Assembly (NCBI GenBank): GCA_963771075.1
Contig: CAVYSE010000027.1
Location: 1 to 64,000 of the forward strand
Direction: 5' to 3'
Source: a candidate division FCPU426 bacterium
Lineage (GTDB): Bacteria; Oederibacteriota; Muellerivitia; Muellerivitales; Muellerivitaceae
Length of the DNA: 64,000 nt
Within the stretch, counting starts at the first letter, position 1; each line of letters opens with the position of its first letter. Made by a program: the position numbers and the translations under genes. The notes below the pieces were generated by a model that saw nothing but the letters and a program-made list of their open reading frames with translations, was not told where the DNA came from and searched no databases. Shown in pieces: positions 22,819-32,820 of this stretch.

Positions 22819-23952
22819 TTGCCAACTTTTCAAGAGGATATTGAGCCCGTTCAAAAACACACGAAAATATTATTTTTATCGGATGGCAAGGGCCGTGAGG
22901 TAGCGGTCGCCCCACTATTACAGGGAAGAGTCTTGACCAGTACCTTTGGGGGCCCTCAAGGTCTCAGCCATGGTTGGGTGAACCGGGACTATATTTGTTC
23001 TGGTAAGTTCAATCACAAATTTAATGCCTATGGGGGTGAGGACAGGTTTTGGCTAGGGCCGGAAGGCGGTCAGTTTGGCCTCTATTTCGCCCCAGGTGTC
23101 CCGTTTGATTTAGAACATTCTTATGTGCCAGCCCCTTTTGACCGCGAACCTTTTGAAGTCTTAAGCCATGACGCTCAATCCATTCAATTACGGAAATTAG
23201 CGAGCCTTAAAAATTACTCCAATTTCCAATTTGACGTGGAGGTAAGGCGGGAAATCCGGCTTTTGGGATTGGATGAGACTGAGTTGAACTTAATGGGGTT
23301 GAAATGGGTTGCTTTTGAATCCATCAACACACTCACCAACCGGGGTCCATTGGCCTGGAAGACCGAGACGGGACTGCTATCCATCTGGATTTTAGGCATG
23401 TTTCAGCCTTCGTCCAAAGCCATCATTGTTCTCCCTATTCTAGAAGGGCCGGATGATATCTTGGGTCCCAAGGTGAATGATTCCTATTTTGGCAAGGTAC
23501 CCCCAAGACGGTTAAAAGTTGGAACACGTTCGGTCTTTTTCAAGGGGGATGGGCAGTTAAGGTCTAAAATCGGGATTTCTCCATTGAGAGCCAAGCCCTG
23601 CCTGGGATCTTGGGATGCTGAAAATAGCGTTCTTACCCTGGTTAAATATAGCCTGCCCCATCCGGTGGGCCGCTATGTCAATTCTATGTGGGAATTTCAG
23701 GACGAACCTTTTGATGGGGATGTCGTGAACAGTTATAACGACGGACCTCCTAGCCCGGGACAAAAGCCGGAAGGCCCCTTTTTTGAATTGGAAACCTCCT
23801 CACCCGCCGCTTCTCTTGCTCCGGGAAAATCATTGACCCATCGTCATCAAACCATTCACCTTTCCGGAGATAGAGCCTTGTTGGAGAGTGTAAGCCGAAC
23901 TTGGCTTCAATCTTCCTTATCGGAGATTGAGGGGGCTTTACCGTTGGGGTAA
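22819..23952 (+). CDS. Conserved protein, probably DUF6786 family
   Basis: GGEDRFWLGPEGGQF and ELETSSPA motifs recalled from this family; not verified. Confidence 0.55.
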   Translation: MPTFQEDIEPVQKHTKILFLSDGKGREVAVAPLLQGRVLTSTFGGPQGLSHGWVNRDYICSGKFNHKFNAYGGEDRFWLGPEGGQFGLYFAPGVPFDLEHSYVPAPFDREPFEVLSHDAQSIQLRKLASLKNYSNFQFDVEVRREIRLLGLDETELNLMGLKWVAFESINTLTNRGPLAWKTETGLLSIWILGMFQPSSKAIIVLPILEGPDDILGPKVNDSYFGKVPPRRLKVGTRSVFFKGDGQLRSKIGISPLRAKPCLGSWDAENSVLTLVKYSLPHPVGRYVNSMWEFQDEPFDGDVVNSYNDGPPSPGQKPEGPFFELETSSPAASLAPGKSLTHRHQTIHLSGDRALLESVSRTWLQSSLSEIEGALPLG

Positions 23953-24188
23953 GTATTTATAATGTTTAGAAGCTGTTACAAAAATTTGTTTTTCTTCGCG
24001 GTCTTCGCGGTGAAGGTTTGAGGTTTTGTTAACGATTTTTGGTTCCAATTCTATTTAAGCCCGGGCGATCAATCTGACATCAATCGAGGTATATTTTTAA
24101 GAATTCTTTTTGTTCATTTTCAAACACGGACAGTTGTAATAAACACTTTTTGTGGGAATAATCGCTTATATGAACGGGGGAGAAACAT

Positions 24189-24680
24189 TTGGACCGCAAT
24201 GAACGCAATCAGTTGATCGAGACCTATTCCCGCAAGCCATATGCCCTTACGGAGCATTTACGGAAGTTTCCAAGGGAGATGTGGTTGTTTAAGCCGGAGG
24301 CCGACCATTGGAACATTCGTGAGATTCTTTGGCATGTACTGGACGTTGAAATACACGGTTACTTACGCATGCGCGTTGCGGTTGCCACCCCCGATCAAAA
24401 GGTCTTAGCCTTCGACCAGAATGTTTGGTCCCAAAAATTGAATTACGGCGGAATGGATATCGATGACGCCATCGAAGGTTTGATTTGGGTAATTAAGGCG
24501 AATGCGAAATATTTAAAGGCCCGCCCTGGGGAGGATTTTTCCAAGGGGGTCATTCATCCCGAAAAGGGGGTGTTGAGCTTGGAGGATCTACTGGCGGGAC
24601 ACAACCGGCATATCGAGCACCACATGGATCAAATGACCAAGCGTTTCACCGAGTGGAAAAGGGGAAAGGAAGCTTCATGA
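24189..24680 (+). CDS. DinB-family metalloprotein (copy 1)
   Basis: WNIREILWH...HIEHH motif. Confidence 0.8.
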   Translation: MDRNERNQLIETYSRKPYALTEHLRKFPREMWLFKPEADHWNIREILWHVLDVEIHGYLRMRVAVATPDQKVLAFDQNVWSQKLNYGGMDIDDAIEGLIWVIKANAKYLKARPGEDFSKGVIHPEKGVLSLEDLLAGHNRHIEHHMDQMTKRFTEWKRGKEAS

Positions 24681-25162
24681 CCACCGAAGAACGAATCAAA
24701 AAGATCGAAGAGTTCGGGGGATTTGCCATGGCTTTGCCCCAGGTCCTCAAGGAATTTCCCCGTTCCATGTGGCACACCAAGCCCGACCCGGACCATTGGT
24801 GCATCCAGGAGGTGATCTTTCATCTTCTTGACACCGAGATCAACCTCTATACGCGGTACCGGGCCGCGGTGGCCGAGCCTGGAAAAACCATCATGCCATT
24901 CAACCAGGATATCTGGGCTTCCCAGCTGCGTTATAAGGACCGGGATGTGGACCAGGCCTTGGCAGGTCTGGTCTGGGTGATCCGGGCCAACCATGATTTC
25001 CTGATATCCCTTCCTGAGGAGGATTTCGCGAAGAGCGTCACCCATCCCGAAAGAGGCGTTTTAACCCTGGACCGGATGGTGGAGGCCTATTTAGGGCATA
25101 TTCCCCACCACATCGGACAAATGCGAAAACGTCATACCGAATGGACCGGACTCTCGAAATAA
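24677..25162 (+). CDS. DinB-family metalloprotein (copy 2)
   Basis: WCIQEVIFH...HIPHH; ATG 24677 overlaps the stop of copy 1. Confidence 0.8.
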   Translation: MTTEERIKKIEEFGGFAMALPQVLKEFPRSMWHTKPDPDHWCIQEVIFHLLDTEINLYTRYRAAVAEPGKTIMPFNQDIWASQLRYKDRDVDQALAGLVWVIRANHDFLISLPEEDFAKSVTHPERGVLTLDRMVEAYLGHIPHHIGQMRKRHTEWTGLSK

Positions 25163-25164
25163 GC

Positions 25165-25827
25165 CTAGTCCTCCAGTCGGAAGCAGCCGAGAAAGCGGCG
25201 GATGGATGGCTTGCGCGGGTCCTTAAAATCCTTAAACTCAAGGGTCTTTAAGCCTGAATCCTGAAAAAGCCGCAATTCCTTTTCGGTCAAGGGCCAGGGA
25301 GGACCCTGAGTGATTTCATCGTTTTCTTTGCCCCGTGTGACGATCAGAAGAACCCCTTGGGAGGCGACCCAATTGGATATTTTCCGAACGGCTTCTTCCC
25401 TCATGGGGGAAAGAAGGGATTGGAGGGTGTAAGCCTCCCAGACAAAATCATAGGACCGGTTCCACGAAAGAGGGGCTTTGTAAAGATCCATAACCTCATA
25501 ATGGACACGGCTTTTCGGAAAGCGCTGGCGGCTCCATTGGATGGCGGTTGGGGAAATATCAAAAGCGGTAACTATAAAACCCCTCCGGTCGAGGTCCTCC
25601 GCGTCATCCCCCAGGCCGCATCCAACGACAAGAGCCCTTTTACCCCGGGGAAAGGGATGTTCATCTAGCCAATCCCGCATGAAAGAGTTGGGGGATAAAC
25701 TGGCCCAGGGGATAATCAATTCGTTTCCCCCCGCGGAGGCGTATACATCCTCAAACCATCCAAGGGGGTTGTTATTCTTGATATGTGCCTCGGCTTTCTG
25801 TTGAACCAATTTCCGGGCAATTCCCAA
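25165..25827 (-). CDS. Class I SAM-dependent methyltransferase (TPMT-like)
   Basis: ALVVGCGLGDDAE, FDISPTAI, GPPWPL. Confidence 0.85.
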   Translation of the reverse strand: MGIARKLVQQKAEAHIKNNNPLGWFEDVYASAGGNELIIPWASLSPNSFMRDWLDEHPFPRGKRALVVGCGLGDDAEDLDRRGFIVTAFDISPTAIQWSRQRFPKSRVHYEVMDLYKAPLSWNRSYDFVWEAYTLQSLLSPMREEAVRKISNWVASQGVLLIVTRGKENDEITQGPPWPLTEKELRLFQDSGLKTLEFKDFKDPRKPSIRRFLGCFRLED

Positions 25828-26018
25828 GACACACCTCTCCTTAGCAGCGGGTTAAGGCATGAAAAGCAAGGAAAGTGCCATTTGAAATCGTTTAAATCGG
25901 CCCTTTCCAGCCCATCCCCTACCCGCTATTTTGTAGAATCGAAACCAATTCAGACGTTTTTGTAGGAAGGCCGTGACGCCTTTGTTAAAAATCTCCGGCA
26001 CGAGGTAAAGTCCTCTCC

Positions 26019-26495
26019 ATGAAAATCCTACATGTCCTAAGCGGGGATTTTGTCACAGGCGCTGAAACTTCCACGGCGGCCCTGATCCGGCGTCAAAAAG
26101 CCCATGGACACCAGGTTTTCGTCGCGGCAGGGCGTTTTGACCACCCCGTTGGGGCCGAAATAATCTCCATCCCGATTTTTGACCGGGGTTGGTATAGGCG
26201 CGGCTTGAATATTCTCGCTTTAAGGCGGCTCATTCAAAAAGAGAAAATCGACCTGGTCCACGCCCACTCCCGTGCCGCCAGTTGGGTCAGTTATTGGGCT
26301 TGTCATTGGACCCAAACCCCCTACCTTTCGACCTTACATGGACGGCAGCATCTTCATTTTTCAAACCGCCGGTTCAATATATATGGCGATACGGCCCTAA
26401 CCATGTGTGAGAACATTCGCGAACAAATGCTGGGCCAAACCCAAGTTTTCCGACAGGAGCAATTAATTGTCTTTAGAAACGGACTCAATCTCTGA
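26019..26495 (+). CDS. GT4 glycosyltransferase, N-terminal domain only
   Basis: MKILHVLS..TGAE, DLVHAHSR, STLHG; stops just after RNG. Confidence 0.75.
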   Translation: MKILHVLSGDFVTGAETSTAALIRRQKAHGHQVFVAAGRFDHPVGAEIISIPIFDRGWYRRGLNILALRRLIQKEKIDLVHAHSRAASWVSYWACHWTQTPYLSTLHGRQHLHFSNRRFNIYGDTALTMCENIREQMLGQTQVFRQEQLIVFRNGLNL

Positions 26496-27786
26496 GCCGC
26501 TGATTCTCATCGTGGGCCGTTTATCCGGACCCAAGAACCAGGTGATCCTTCACTTGGCGCGGACGGTCGCGCCCAAGGTACTTTCGGCCGTGCCCAACGC
26601 CCGGTTCGAATTCGTTGGGGGGCCCATAGGCGCGGAACACCAGGCGATCCAAGCTGGAAATCCCCGCTTGAACTTCGTCGGGTTCCAAACCCCGCTGGAG
26701 CCGTTTTATGAGAAAGCCTCGGTGGTCGTCGGGGCTGGCCGGGTGGCCCTGGAAGCCATGCAGGCCCTAAGACCGGTGGTCGCGTTGGGCGAACAAAAAT
26801 ATATCGGACCCATTCTTCCACCTGTTATTGAGGAAGCCAAAGCTACCAATTTCGGGGATTGTTACGAGGGAGAGGCTTTTGATTGGGAAAAAACGGCGGC
26901 CGACCTGATCGCCCTTTTGAAAGACCCCGCCTTGAGGTTGTTCGTGGCCAAAACGGGCCAGGATCTTTTGAGGAAGGAATATAACCTTAATATTCTCTAC
27001 CCCAAGCTGGAGTCCATTTACCAATCGGTGATCCTTCAAAGCAATTTAAGCCGGTACCATGAGATTCCCGTCTTGATGTACCACCGGGTCACGGACGAGC
27101 CGGTAAAGGGTTCCAAATATAATGTTTTTATCACCAAAGATAATCTAAGAAACCACTTGGTTTTTCTCCGGAACCAGGGGTTTGAGACGGTAACGTTCGG
27201 TGATTTTCTTCAGCGAAAACTTCCGAAAAAGCCCATCGTACTCACGTTTGACGATGGCTATGAGGATATGGACCGGAACCTTCTTCCCCTGCTTCGGGAG
27301 TTCCAAATGAAAGCGGTGGTTTATGTGCTGGGGGACCGCAAGCACAGGATCAATTTTTGGGACACCTCGAAGGGGGAGCCCGAGGCCACGCTCCTGAGCG
27401 CGGAACAAATCAGGGAATTGTCGGAAAGCGGCTGGGTTGAGATCGGGGCCCATTCCCTCAGCCACCGCAAATTGACCGAACTTCCAATCGTCGAAATGGA
27501 AAAAGAAGTCAAGGAATCCAAAAAAAATTTGGAAGAGCTCTTGGACAAACCGGTTCATTCTTTCGCCTATCCTTACGGGGACCTGAACGGGGAAGTCAAA
27601 AGAGCGGTCCGGGAGGCGGGCTATTCTTTCGGCATCGCCGTGGGCACCGGCCCCACCCGCATCGGGGCCGACTTGATGGAAATCAGGCGGGTGCACATGT
27701 TTCCCGATACGGCGGGGTTTGATTTCCTGAAAAAGACCAGCGGCTTTTACCTCCGTTACCGCCAATTTCTTGGAAATAAAAGCTGA
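26467..27786 (+). CDS. GT4 C-terminal domain fused to a polysaccharide deacetylase (NodB)
   Basis: IVGRL, GAGRVALEAM, then PVLMYHRV, LTFDDGY, HSLSH, FAYPYG. Confidence 0.8.
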   Translation: MSLETDSISEPLILIVGRLSGPKNQVILHLARTVAPKVLSAVPNARFEFVGGPIGAEHQAIQAGNPRLNFVGFQTPLEPFYEKASVVVGAGRVALEAMQALRPVVALGEQKYIGPILPPVIEEAKATNFGDCYEGEAFDWEKTAADLIALLKDPALRLFVAKTGQDLLRKEYNLNILYPKLESIYQSVILQSNLSRYHEIPVLMYHRVTDEPVKGSKYNVFITKDNLRNHLVFLRNQGFETVTFGDFLQRKLPKKPIVLTFDDGYEDMDRNLLPLLREFQMKAVVYVLGDRKHRINFWDTSKGEPEATLLSAEQIRELSESGWVEIGAHSLSHRKLTELPIVEMEKEVKESKKNLEELLDKPVHSFAYPYGDLNGEVKRAVREAGYSFGIAVGTGPTRIGADLMEIRRVHMFPDTAGFDFLKKTSGFYLRYRQFLGNKS

Positions 27787-28615
27787 TGCCAAGAGTAAGA
27801 AGGATCATTGGATGAACAGCCATAAAAACAAACCTCTCTTATCCGTGGTCATCATCACCCTCAATGAGGAGCGCAACATCGCGCGCTGTCTCAAGAGCCT
27901 CCAATTCTCCAAAAAGGCCTTTCGCAACTTGGAAATTTTGGTGGTGGACGGCCAAAGCCGGGACAAGACCGTGATGGTCGCGAAATCCCTGGGAGCCAAG
28001 GTATTAAAACGCGCTTGGAAAGGTTTTTCCGACCAGAAAAATTGGGCCTTTTCCCGTTGTTCCGGGCAATGGATACTCTCCCTCGACGCGGACGAGGAAT
28101 TAACTCCCGCTCTTATCGCCGAAATTGAGGAACAGGTACCCTTGACTCCGGGAGAAGTGGATGGGTATTACTTGAAAAGGAAGGCGTTCTTTTTAGGCAA
28201 ATGGATCAGGCATTGCGGTTGGTGGCCCGATTCCCAGCTTCGCTTAGTGCGAAAAGGCGCAGGTTCCTTCACTCATAAGCCGGTTCATGAAGGGCTGGAA
28301 GTGACTGGCCAAACGTTGGAACTCAAGGAACCCATGGTTCATTACACCTATGATTCCATCCGGCAATACGTGGAAAAGATGAACCGATATTCCGAATTGG
28401 CGGTCCAGGACGTCAAACCCAAGAAGGTCCGCTTTTGGTGGTTTTACGGGACGGTCATACCCTTTCTGACCTTCTTCAGGATGTTCCTCCTCAAACGAGG
28501 GTTTTTGGACGGCTGGCATGGTTTGGCGGTGTGCGGGCTTTCGGCTTTCCATGATTTCGCCAAGTACGCCAAGCTATGGGAAAAGGAAATTCTTAAAAGA
28601 ACGGGGGAGTCCTGA
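27770..28615 (+). CDS. GT2 glycosyltransferase (WaaE/KdtX-like, LPS related)
   Basis: LSVVIITLNEE, SLDADE, VHE, GFLDGWHG; start may be 27812. Confidence 0.85.
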   Translation: MEIKADAKSKKDHWMNSHKNKPLLSVVIITLNEERNIARCLKSLQFSKKAFRNLEILVVDGQSRDKTVMVAKSLGAKVLKRAWKGFSDQKNWAFSRCSGQWILSLDADEELTPALIAEIEEQVPLTPGEVDGYYLKRKAFFLGKWIRHCGWWPDSQLRLVRKGAGSFTHKPVHEGLEVTGQTLELKEPMVHYTYDSIRQYVEKMNRYSELAVQDVKPKKVRFWWFYGTVIPFLTFFRMFLLKRGFLDGWHGLAVCGLSAFHDFAKYAKLWEKEILKRTGES

Positions 28616-28929
28616 TGGAAAGCTTCAAGGAAATCTCGGTGGAACAAGCCTCCCAAATGCACCAGGAGGGAAAAGCCCTTTTCGTGGATGTGCGGGACCC
28701 TGGTTCCTTCGCGGCCGCCCATGTTCCGGGGGCCCTCCATTTGAATGACGGTAATGTCCAGGATTTTGTGACTAAAACCGAGAAGACAAGGCCTGTCGTG
28801 TGCTACTGCTACCACGGGAATACTAGCCAGGGCGCGGCAGCCTACCTTATGGACCAGGGTTTCAAGGAAGTCTATAGCGTTGCCGGCGGGTTCGAGTTGT
28901 GGCGCACGACGGAAAAAATTGAGAAATAA
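28615..28929 (+). CDS. glpE: Thiosulfate sulfurtransferase (single-domain rhodanese)
   Basis: VDVRDP, CYCYHGNTSQGAA, GGFELW. Confidence 0.85.
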   Translation: MESFKEISVEQASQMHQEGKALFVDVRDPGSFAAAHVPGALHLNDGNVQDFVTKTEKTRPVVCYCYHGNTSQGAAAYLMDQGFKEVYSVAGGFELWRTTEKIEK

Positions 28930-28932
28930 CTT

Positions 28933-28957
28933 GGAACCGAGGGTTCCGCAAAGGGGA
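28933..28957 (+). repeat. 25-bp direct repeat, left island boundary
   Basis: GGAACCGAGGGTTCCGCAAAGGGGA, identical to 44386-44410. Confidence 0.9.
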
Positions 28958-29312
28958 CAGAGTAAACCCGGAAAATGGGTTTAAGATTCCTTGAATGAAG
29001 AAAGTTTTTTTCTGGGCCTCTGTCTCTTTGGCCTTTAGGGCCAAAGAGCGCTGGACATACCGACCTCCTTATGGGTTTATGGAAGGTCGGCCTGTGGTGA
29101 AATTAGGTATCGTTATAGTCTCTTAGGAAATGTTGAGCGGCCCGGCGACTGGGTTCCGAAATCCGATTTTTTGCACAATCGCAGTCCGGTTTACCGTCCA
29201 ACCGGAAAAAAATTCCCGCCCGAAGAATTTCCCATTTGACCATGCGTTCTATTTCGGTTTATAAAAATTAAGTTGTTACGGGGAGACAAACTATGAAGCT
29301 GGAGGTCTCCCT

Positions 29313-31841
29313 GTGCCCGTTGAAACCAAATCCGTTACCGTCTTGTCGATCCCACTTGAAGAGCTTTATGTCCCCGATTGGAACCCCCGAAAGATCATTG
29401 AACGGTCGGCCTTAGTCAGCCTAATTGAGTTCATGCGGTTGGGTGGGCCGATCCCCCGCATCGTCGTCTTGCGGGGCCAGGAAAAGGGGCTTTGGGCGAT
29501 CATCGAAGGCCAGATGCGCTTCTTGGCCGCCCAGAGTTTGGGTTGGACCCACCTGGATGCCGAGGAGTTTGAAGGAACCCTGGAACAAGCCAAGGACCGG
29601 GCTAATACCTCCAACAATCACAACCCACCCTACTGGCTGGATAAGTACGAGGGATGGAATTCCCGGTTTAAGGACCACCCCGAATGGGACAGCCAAGCCA
29701 AGAAGGCCACCGGGTTAGGGATATCGGATGATTGGGTTAACCGGTGTGTCAACCTCTTGGATGTTTTGAACGAAGCTTCAAGGAAGTTGATTAGGGAATC
29801 AAAGGGTGGAATAGGTATTAAGACGGGTCTTAATTTGTCGGATAAGGATATATCTCCCGAACAGTTCGGGAATAATATGAACGATGACAATTATTCAGGG
29901 TTCGAAAATCGAACCGATTGGGAATTAACCGAACGAGTTGCTTTTGAACTCACCCGGCTTTTGCCCAATCGGGTTTTGGAACCGGCGCAGAGGGTCCCGA
30001 TCCAGGATCAGGCGTTCAAGATTCTCCAAACCGTCATCGCACGGCGAATGACCTCGGCCCAGGTAGCCGCCCATGTAAAGTCGGTTAAGGCTGGCAACGA
30101 CCCGGCCAGGGTCGAAGACAAAGCATTTGCCACCCCTGTCCCGAACTTTCAAGGTGAGGGCCGCGGTTTGATTGCACCCGGTTCTAAAAAAGAACCGGGT
30201 GAAGTTTCCGTGTTTTGGGGCACCATGGCCGGCATCCCCTGGATCAAGGCCATTCGGGCCAAGATCAAGGCAAGTCAAGACCCCACCCTCTGGGAAAAGC
30301 TGTTCCTGGTGGCGGCCTTCTTTGGCCGGATCTTGCATTGGACCTGGCATAAGATATGGCCTCTGACCAAGAAGTCCATCGGCTGGGTTGGGCGACTTCT
30401 AAAAAAGGCTTTGAACGGCACCCTAAGATTCTTGGGGGAGATGGTGGGCAAGCCCGCCAAGAAAATAGCCCAGGGCGTTGTGGGAATCGCCTTGGTGGTG
30501 GGCCTAGCCTATGGACTCTATCTATTCTTCTTCCACCCCGCGGGGATAAGGGGCTTGTTGGGCCGGGCCACCTCTGGGGTAATCCATTGGGTGGGATCTT
30601 GGGTAAACCCGTGGGACGGTGATAATAAATCCATTCCTCAACCACTACCCACGACAATTCCAACCCCGGGAACTTCAAATCCAACACAAAGACACGAAGA
30701 CACAAAGGAAGGCGCGAATGTTGGTTCCAGTGAAACCCAAAACCCAACAACGGCTCGAAAAACTCCTAACTCCTCACTCCCCCCTGGCCCGAAACCTCAG
30801 GATGAGGGCCGAGGTTTGGGCGGCCCAGACCATTCAGGGTCTGGGCTAACTCCTAACTCTCCAGCTGCAACTCCTAACGGCGAAGCCGCCCTGAGGGGCT
30901 CGAAGAGCCGCTCGAAGGGCTCCTTACTCCAATCATCAGTGGTCGCACCAGCTTCTTCCTCTAGCTCTGTTCTCCAATCCGCACCTGGAGCACCCGCCAC
31001 GGGAGAAGAGGCGGCGTGGGTGGCCGAACTCATCCCCGCTTTTCCCCCGCCCTTCCTGGTGAAGCCTTTGGATATTCAGCCCGACCCAACCATTTCCCCC
31101 CTCATGGTCCAGAAAAGGCTTTACGAAATCCAGGACCCCGAAAGAATCCGCGTTTACGTGGGGCATGACCGTCAAGGGGTGAAATCCATGAACGTGGACG
31201 ATGGGGGAATGGACCTTTTCTTCAACGGCTCTTTTGGAGGTCTGCTGGGCGATTCATCCAGCTTTCGGTTCTTCTGGGAAGACGTGCAGGGCATCCGCCT
31301 GGCGACAGTGGAGGTTTCGGGCGACAAGCCGCAAACGCTCTGCTTTTGCGCCCTGGAAGTGAAGACCAAGAAAAAAATGGCGGCCTTCGAGTGCGAGCCG
31401 GGGGACATGACCCATTTGGTGTCGGCCCTGGCGGCGCAGTTTAAAAGCTCCACGAAAAGGGAGCTTTCGGTGGCGCCCCTGCCTTACCTGAACCAGGGTT
31501 TGTGGCTGGGCGAGCAGAACCAGGTAGATGGGCTGTGGAATGAAAGCCCGGCGGGGCGGTCGCAAGAGGTGAAACTGCACTATTCGCTGACGGACTGGAA
31601 AAGACCCTCGACCGGCGGGGGAATCCATCTGGGCGATTATCTTTGGGGCCTGGGTGTGAACAAGGACGAGCAAACCCGGAAGGAAGTATTGCTCAGGCAG
31701 TTGGGCGGGGCGGCCTCGGGGCCGGCGACCCTATTCGTGGTTGGCCCGTTCGATTGGCGCAAGGCCCAGGAAGCCGCGACCGGATCCGGCAACGACCCCT
31801 TCAACCCGCCCCGCAGGGCGGTACGGCTGGTGGCGCCGTGA
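29313..31841 (+). CDS. ParB/Srx N-terminal domain and HTH fused to TM segment(s), a Pro/Ser/Thr linker and a C-terminal globular domain
   Basis: NPRK, IIEGQMRFLAA, SQAKKATGLGISDDWV, hydrophobic VVGIALVVGLAYGLYLFFF; GGAGG before the GTG start. Confidence 0.65.
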   Translation: MPVETKSVTVLSIPLEELYVPDWNPRKIIERSALVSLIEFMRLGGPIPRIVVLRGQEKGLWAIIEGQMRFLAAQSLGWTHLDAEEFEGTLEQAKDRANTSNNHNPPYWLDKYEGWNSRFKDHPEWDSQAKKATGLGISDDWVNRCVNLLDVLNEASRKLIRESKGGIGIKTGLNLSDKDISPEQFGNNMNDDNYSGFENRTDWELTERVAFELTRLLPNRVLEPAQRVPIQDQAFKILQTVIARRMTSAQVAAHVKSVKAGNDPARVEDKAFATPVPNFQGEGRGLIAPGSKKEPGEVSVFWGTMAGIPWIKAIRAKIKASQDPTLWEKLFLVAAFFGRILHWTWHKIWPLTKKSIGWVGRLLKKALNGTLRFLGEMVGKPAKKIAQGVVGIALVVGLAYGLYLFFFHPAGIRGLLGRATSGVIHWVGSWVNPWDGDNKSIPQPLPTTIPTPGTSNPTQRHEDTKEGANVGSSETQNPTTARKTPNSSLPPGPKPQDEGRGLGGPDHSGSGLTPNSPAATPNGEAALRGSKSRSKGSLLQSSVVAPASSSSSVLQSAPGAPATGEEAAWVAELIPAFPPPFLVKPLDIQPDPTISPLMVQKRLYEIQDPERIRVYVGHDRQGVKSMNVDDGGMDLFFNGSFGGLLGDSSSFRFFWEDVQGIRLATVEVSGDKPQTLCFCALEVKTKKKMAAFECEPGDMTHLVSALAAQFKSSTKRELSVAPLPYLNQGLWLGEQNQVDGLWNESPAGRSQEVKLHYSLTDWKRPSTGGGIHLGDYLWGLGVNKDEQTRKEVLLRQLGGAASGPATLFVVGPFDWRKAQEAATGSGNDPFNPPRRAVRLVAP

Positions 31842-31887
31842 GGGGGGCGGCTGTTATTTGGTTTGAATAATTCGGAGGAGGGAGAAC

Positions 31888-32427
31888 ATGGGCGAAATGA
31901 TCGCGGGGTATAAAATCGAGGACAAAATCCTATTTCTTCGGGGCTTCAAGGTGATGCTTTCAAGCGATTTGGCCTAGCTTTATGGGGTCGAAGTCAAGGC
32001 CTTGAACCGCGCTGTCAAACGGAACCGGGACCGGTTTCCGGTCGACTTCATGTTCCAACTGAACGCGAAGGAAGCGCAAAATTTGAAGCGCCATTTTGGC
32101 ACTTCAAGTTGGGGTGGTGCGCGTAGGGATCTGCCCTATGCCTTCACCGAACTCGGCGTGGCGATGCTTTCCAGTGTATTGAGAAGTAAAAAAGCAGTTC
32201 GTGTAAACATTGAAATCATGCGGGTTTTCTCCAGGGTGAGGGAAATGCTGGCCGCGAATAAGGATTTTGCCCGATGGCTGGAAGACCTGGAACGCAAATT
32301 CAACGCACATGACCACCAATTCCAAGCTGTGTTTGAGGCTATCCGCGAGATTATTCGGGTCCCGGAAAAAACCAAAAGGCGGATCGGGTTTTTGGAAGAA
32401 AAATCCGCAGCTTATCGGATCCGTTGA
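31888..32427 (+). pseudogene. ORF6N-domain DNA-binding protein with an in-frame amber codon
   Basis: IEDKILFLRGFKVMLSSDLA*LYGVEVKALNRAVKRN..RFPVDFMFQL..PYAFTELG; TAG at 31975-31977. Confidence 0.85.
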
Positions 32428-32686
32428 TAGATAATATAAAATAAAGAACTGACCCCGTTATTCTTCAAAAGAACGGGACAAACTCGAGAAAGAATTCAAG
32501 GGGACATTCGCAAAGAAGACCGAGAAGTATTTTGTCAGTACGCTCTGCCGGTCATGCTTTGAAGATTCGGTTTTCAGTGATACGCTAAGTTCTGTGAAAG
32601 ATGATGTTGACATTGAATCTGCATTTGAGCTTATCCAAATCTCGACGAATTCGGCGGAACGTTGAAAAATCCAATAATTACAGGCT

Positions 32687-32723
32687 CCTGCACATGGCTG
32701 TTTCAAAAAGGATGGTGTGCAAC
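32687..32723 (+). repeat. 37-bp dispersed repeat, copy A
   Basis: CCTGCACATGGCTGTTTCAAAAAGGATGGTGTGCAAC. Confidence 0.9.
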
Positions 32724-32820
32724 GTAATTTTGTTCGAAACGACGAAAAGCCCAATTCCTAGCAAGAAAAATGGATTTAAATATTTTTATACTACGGCTAA
32801 AAAACCAGAAAATATTTCTT

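Noticed and set aside
31975..31977. Amber recoding (pyrrolysine or alternative code)
   Set aside because: TAG is used as a normal stop elsewhere (for example rnpA and the EVE gene) and no pyl genes are seen
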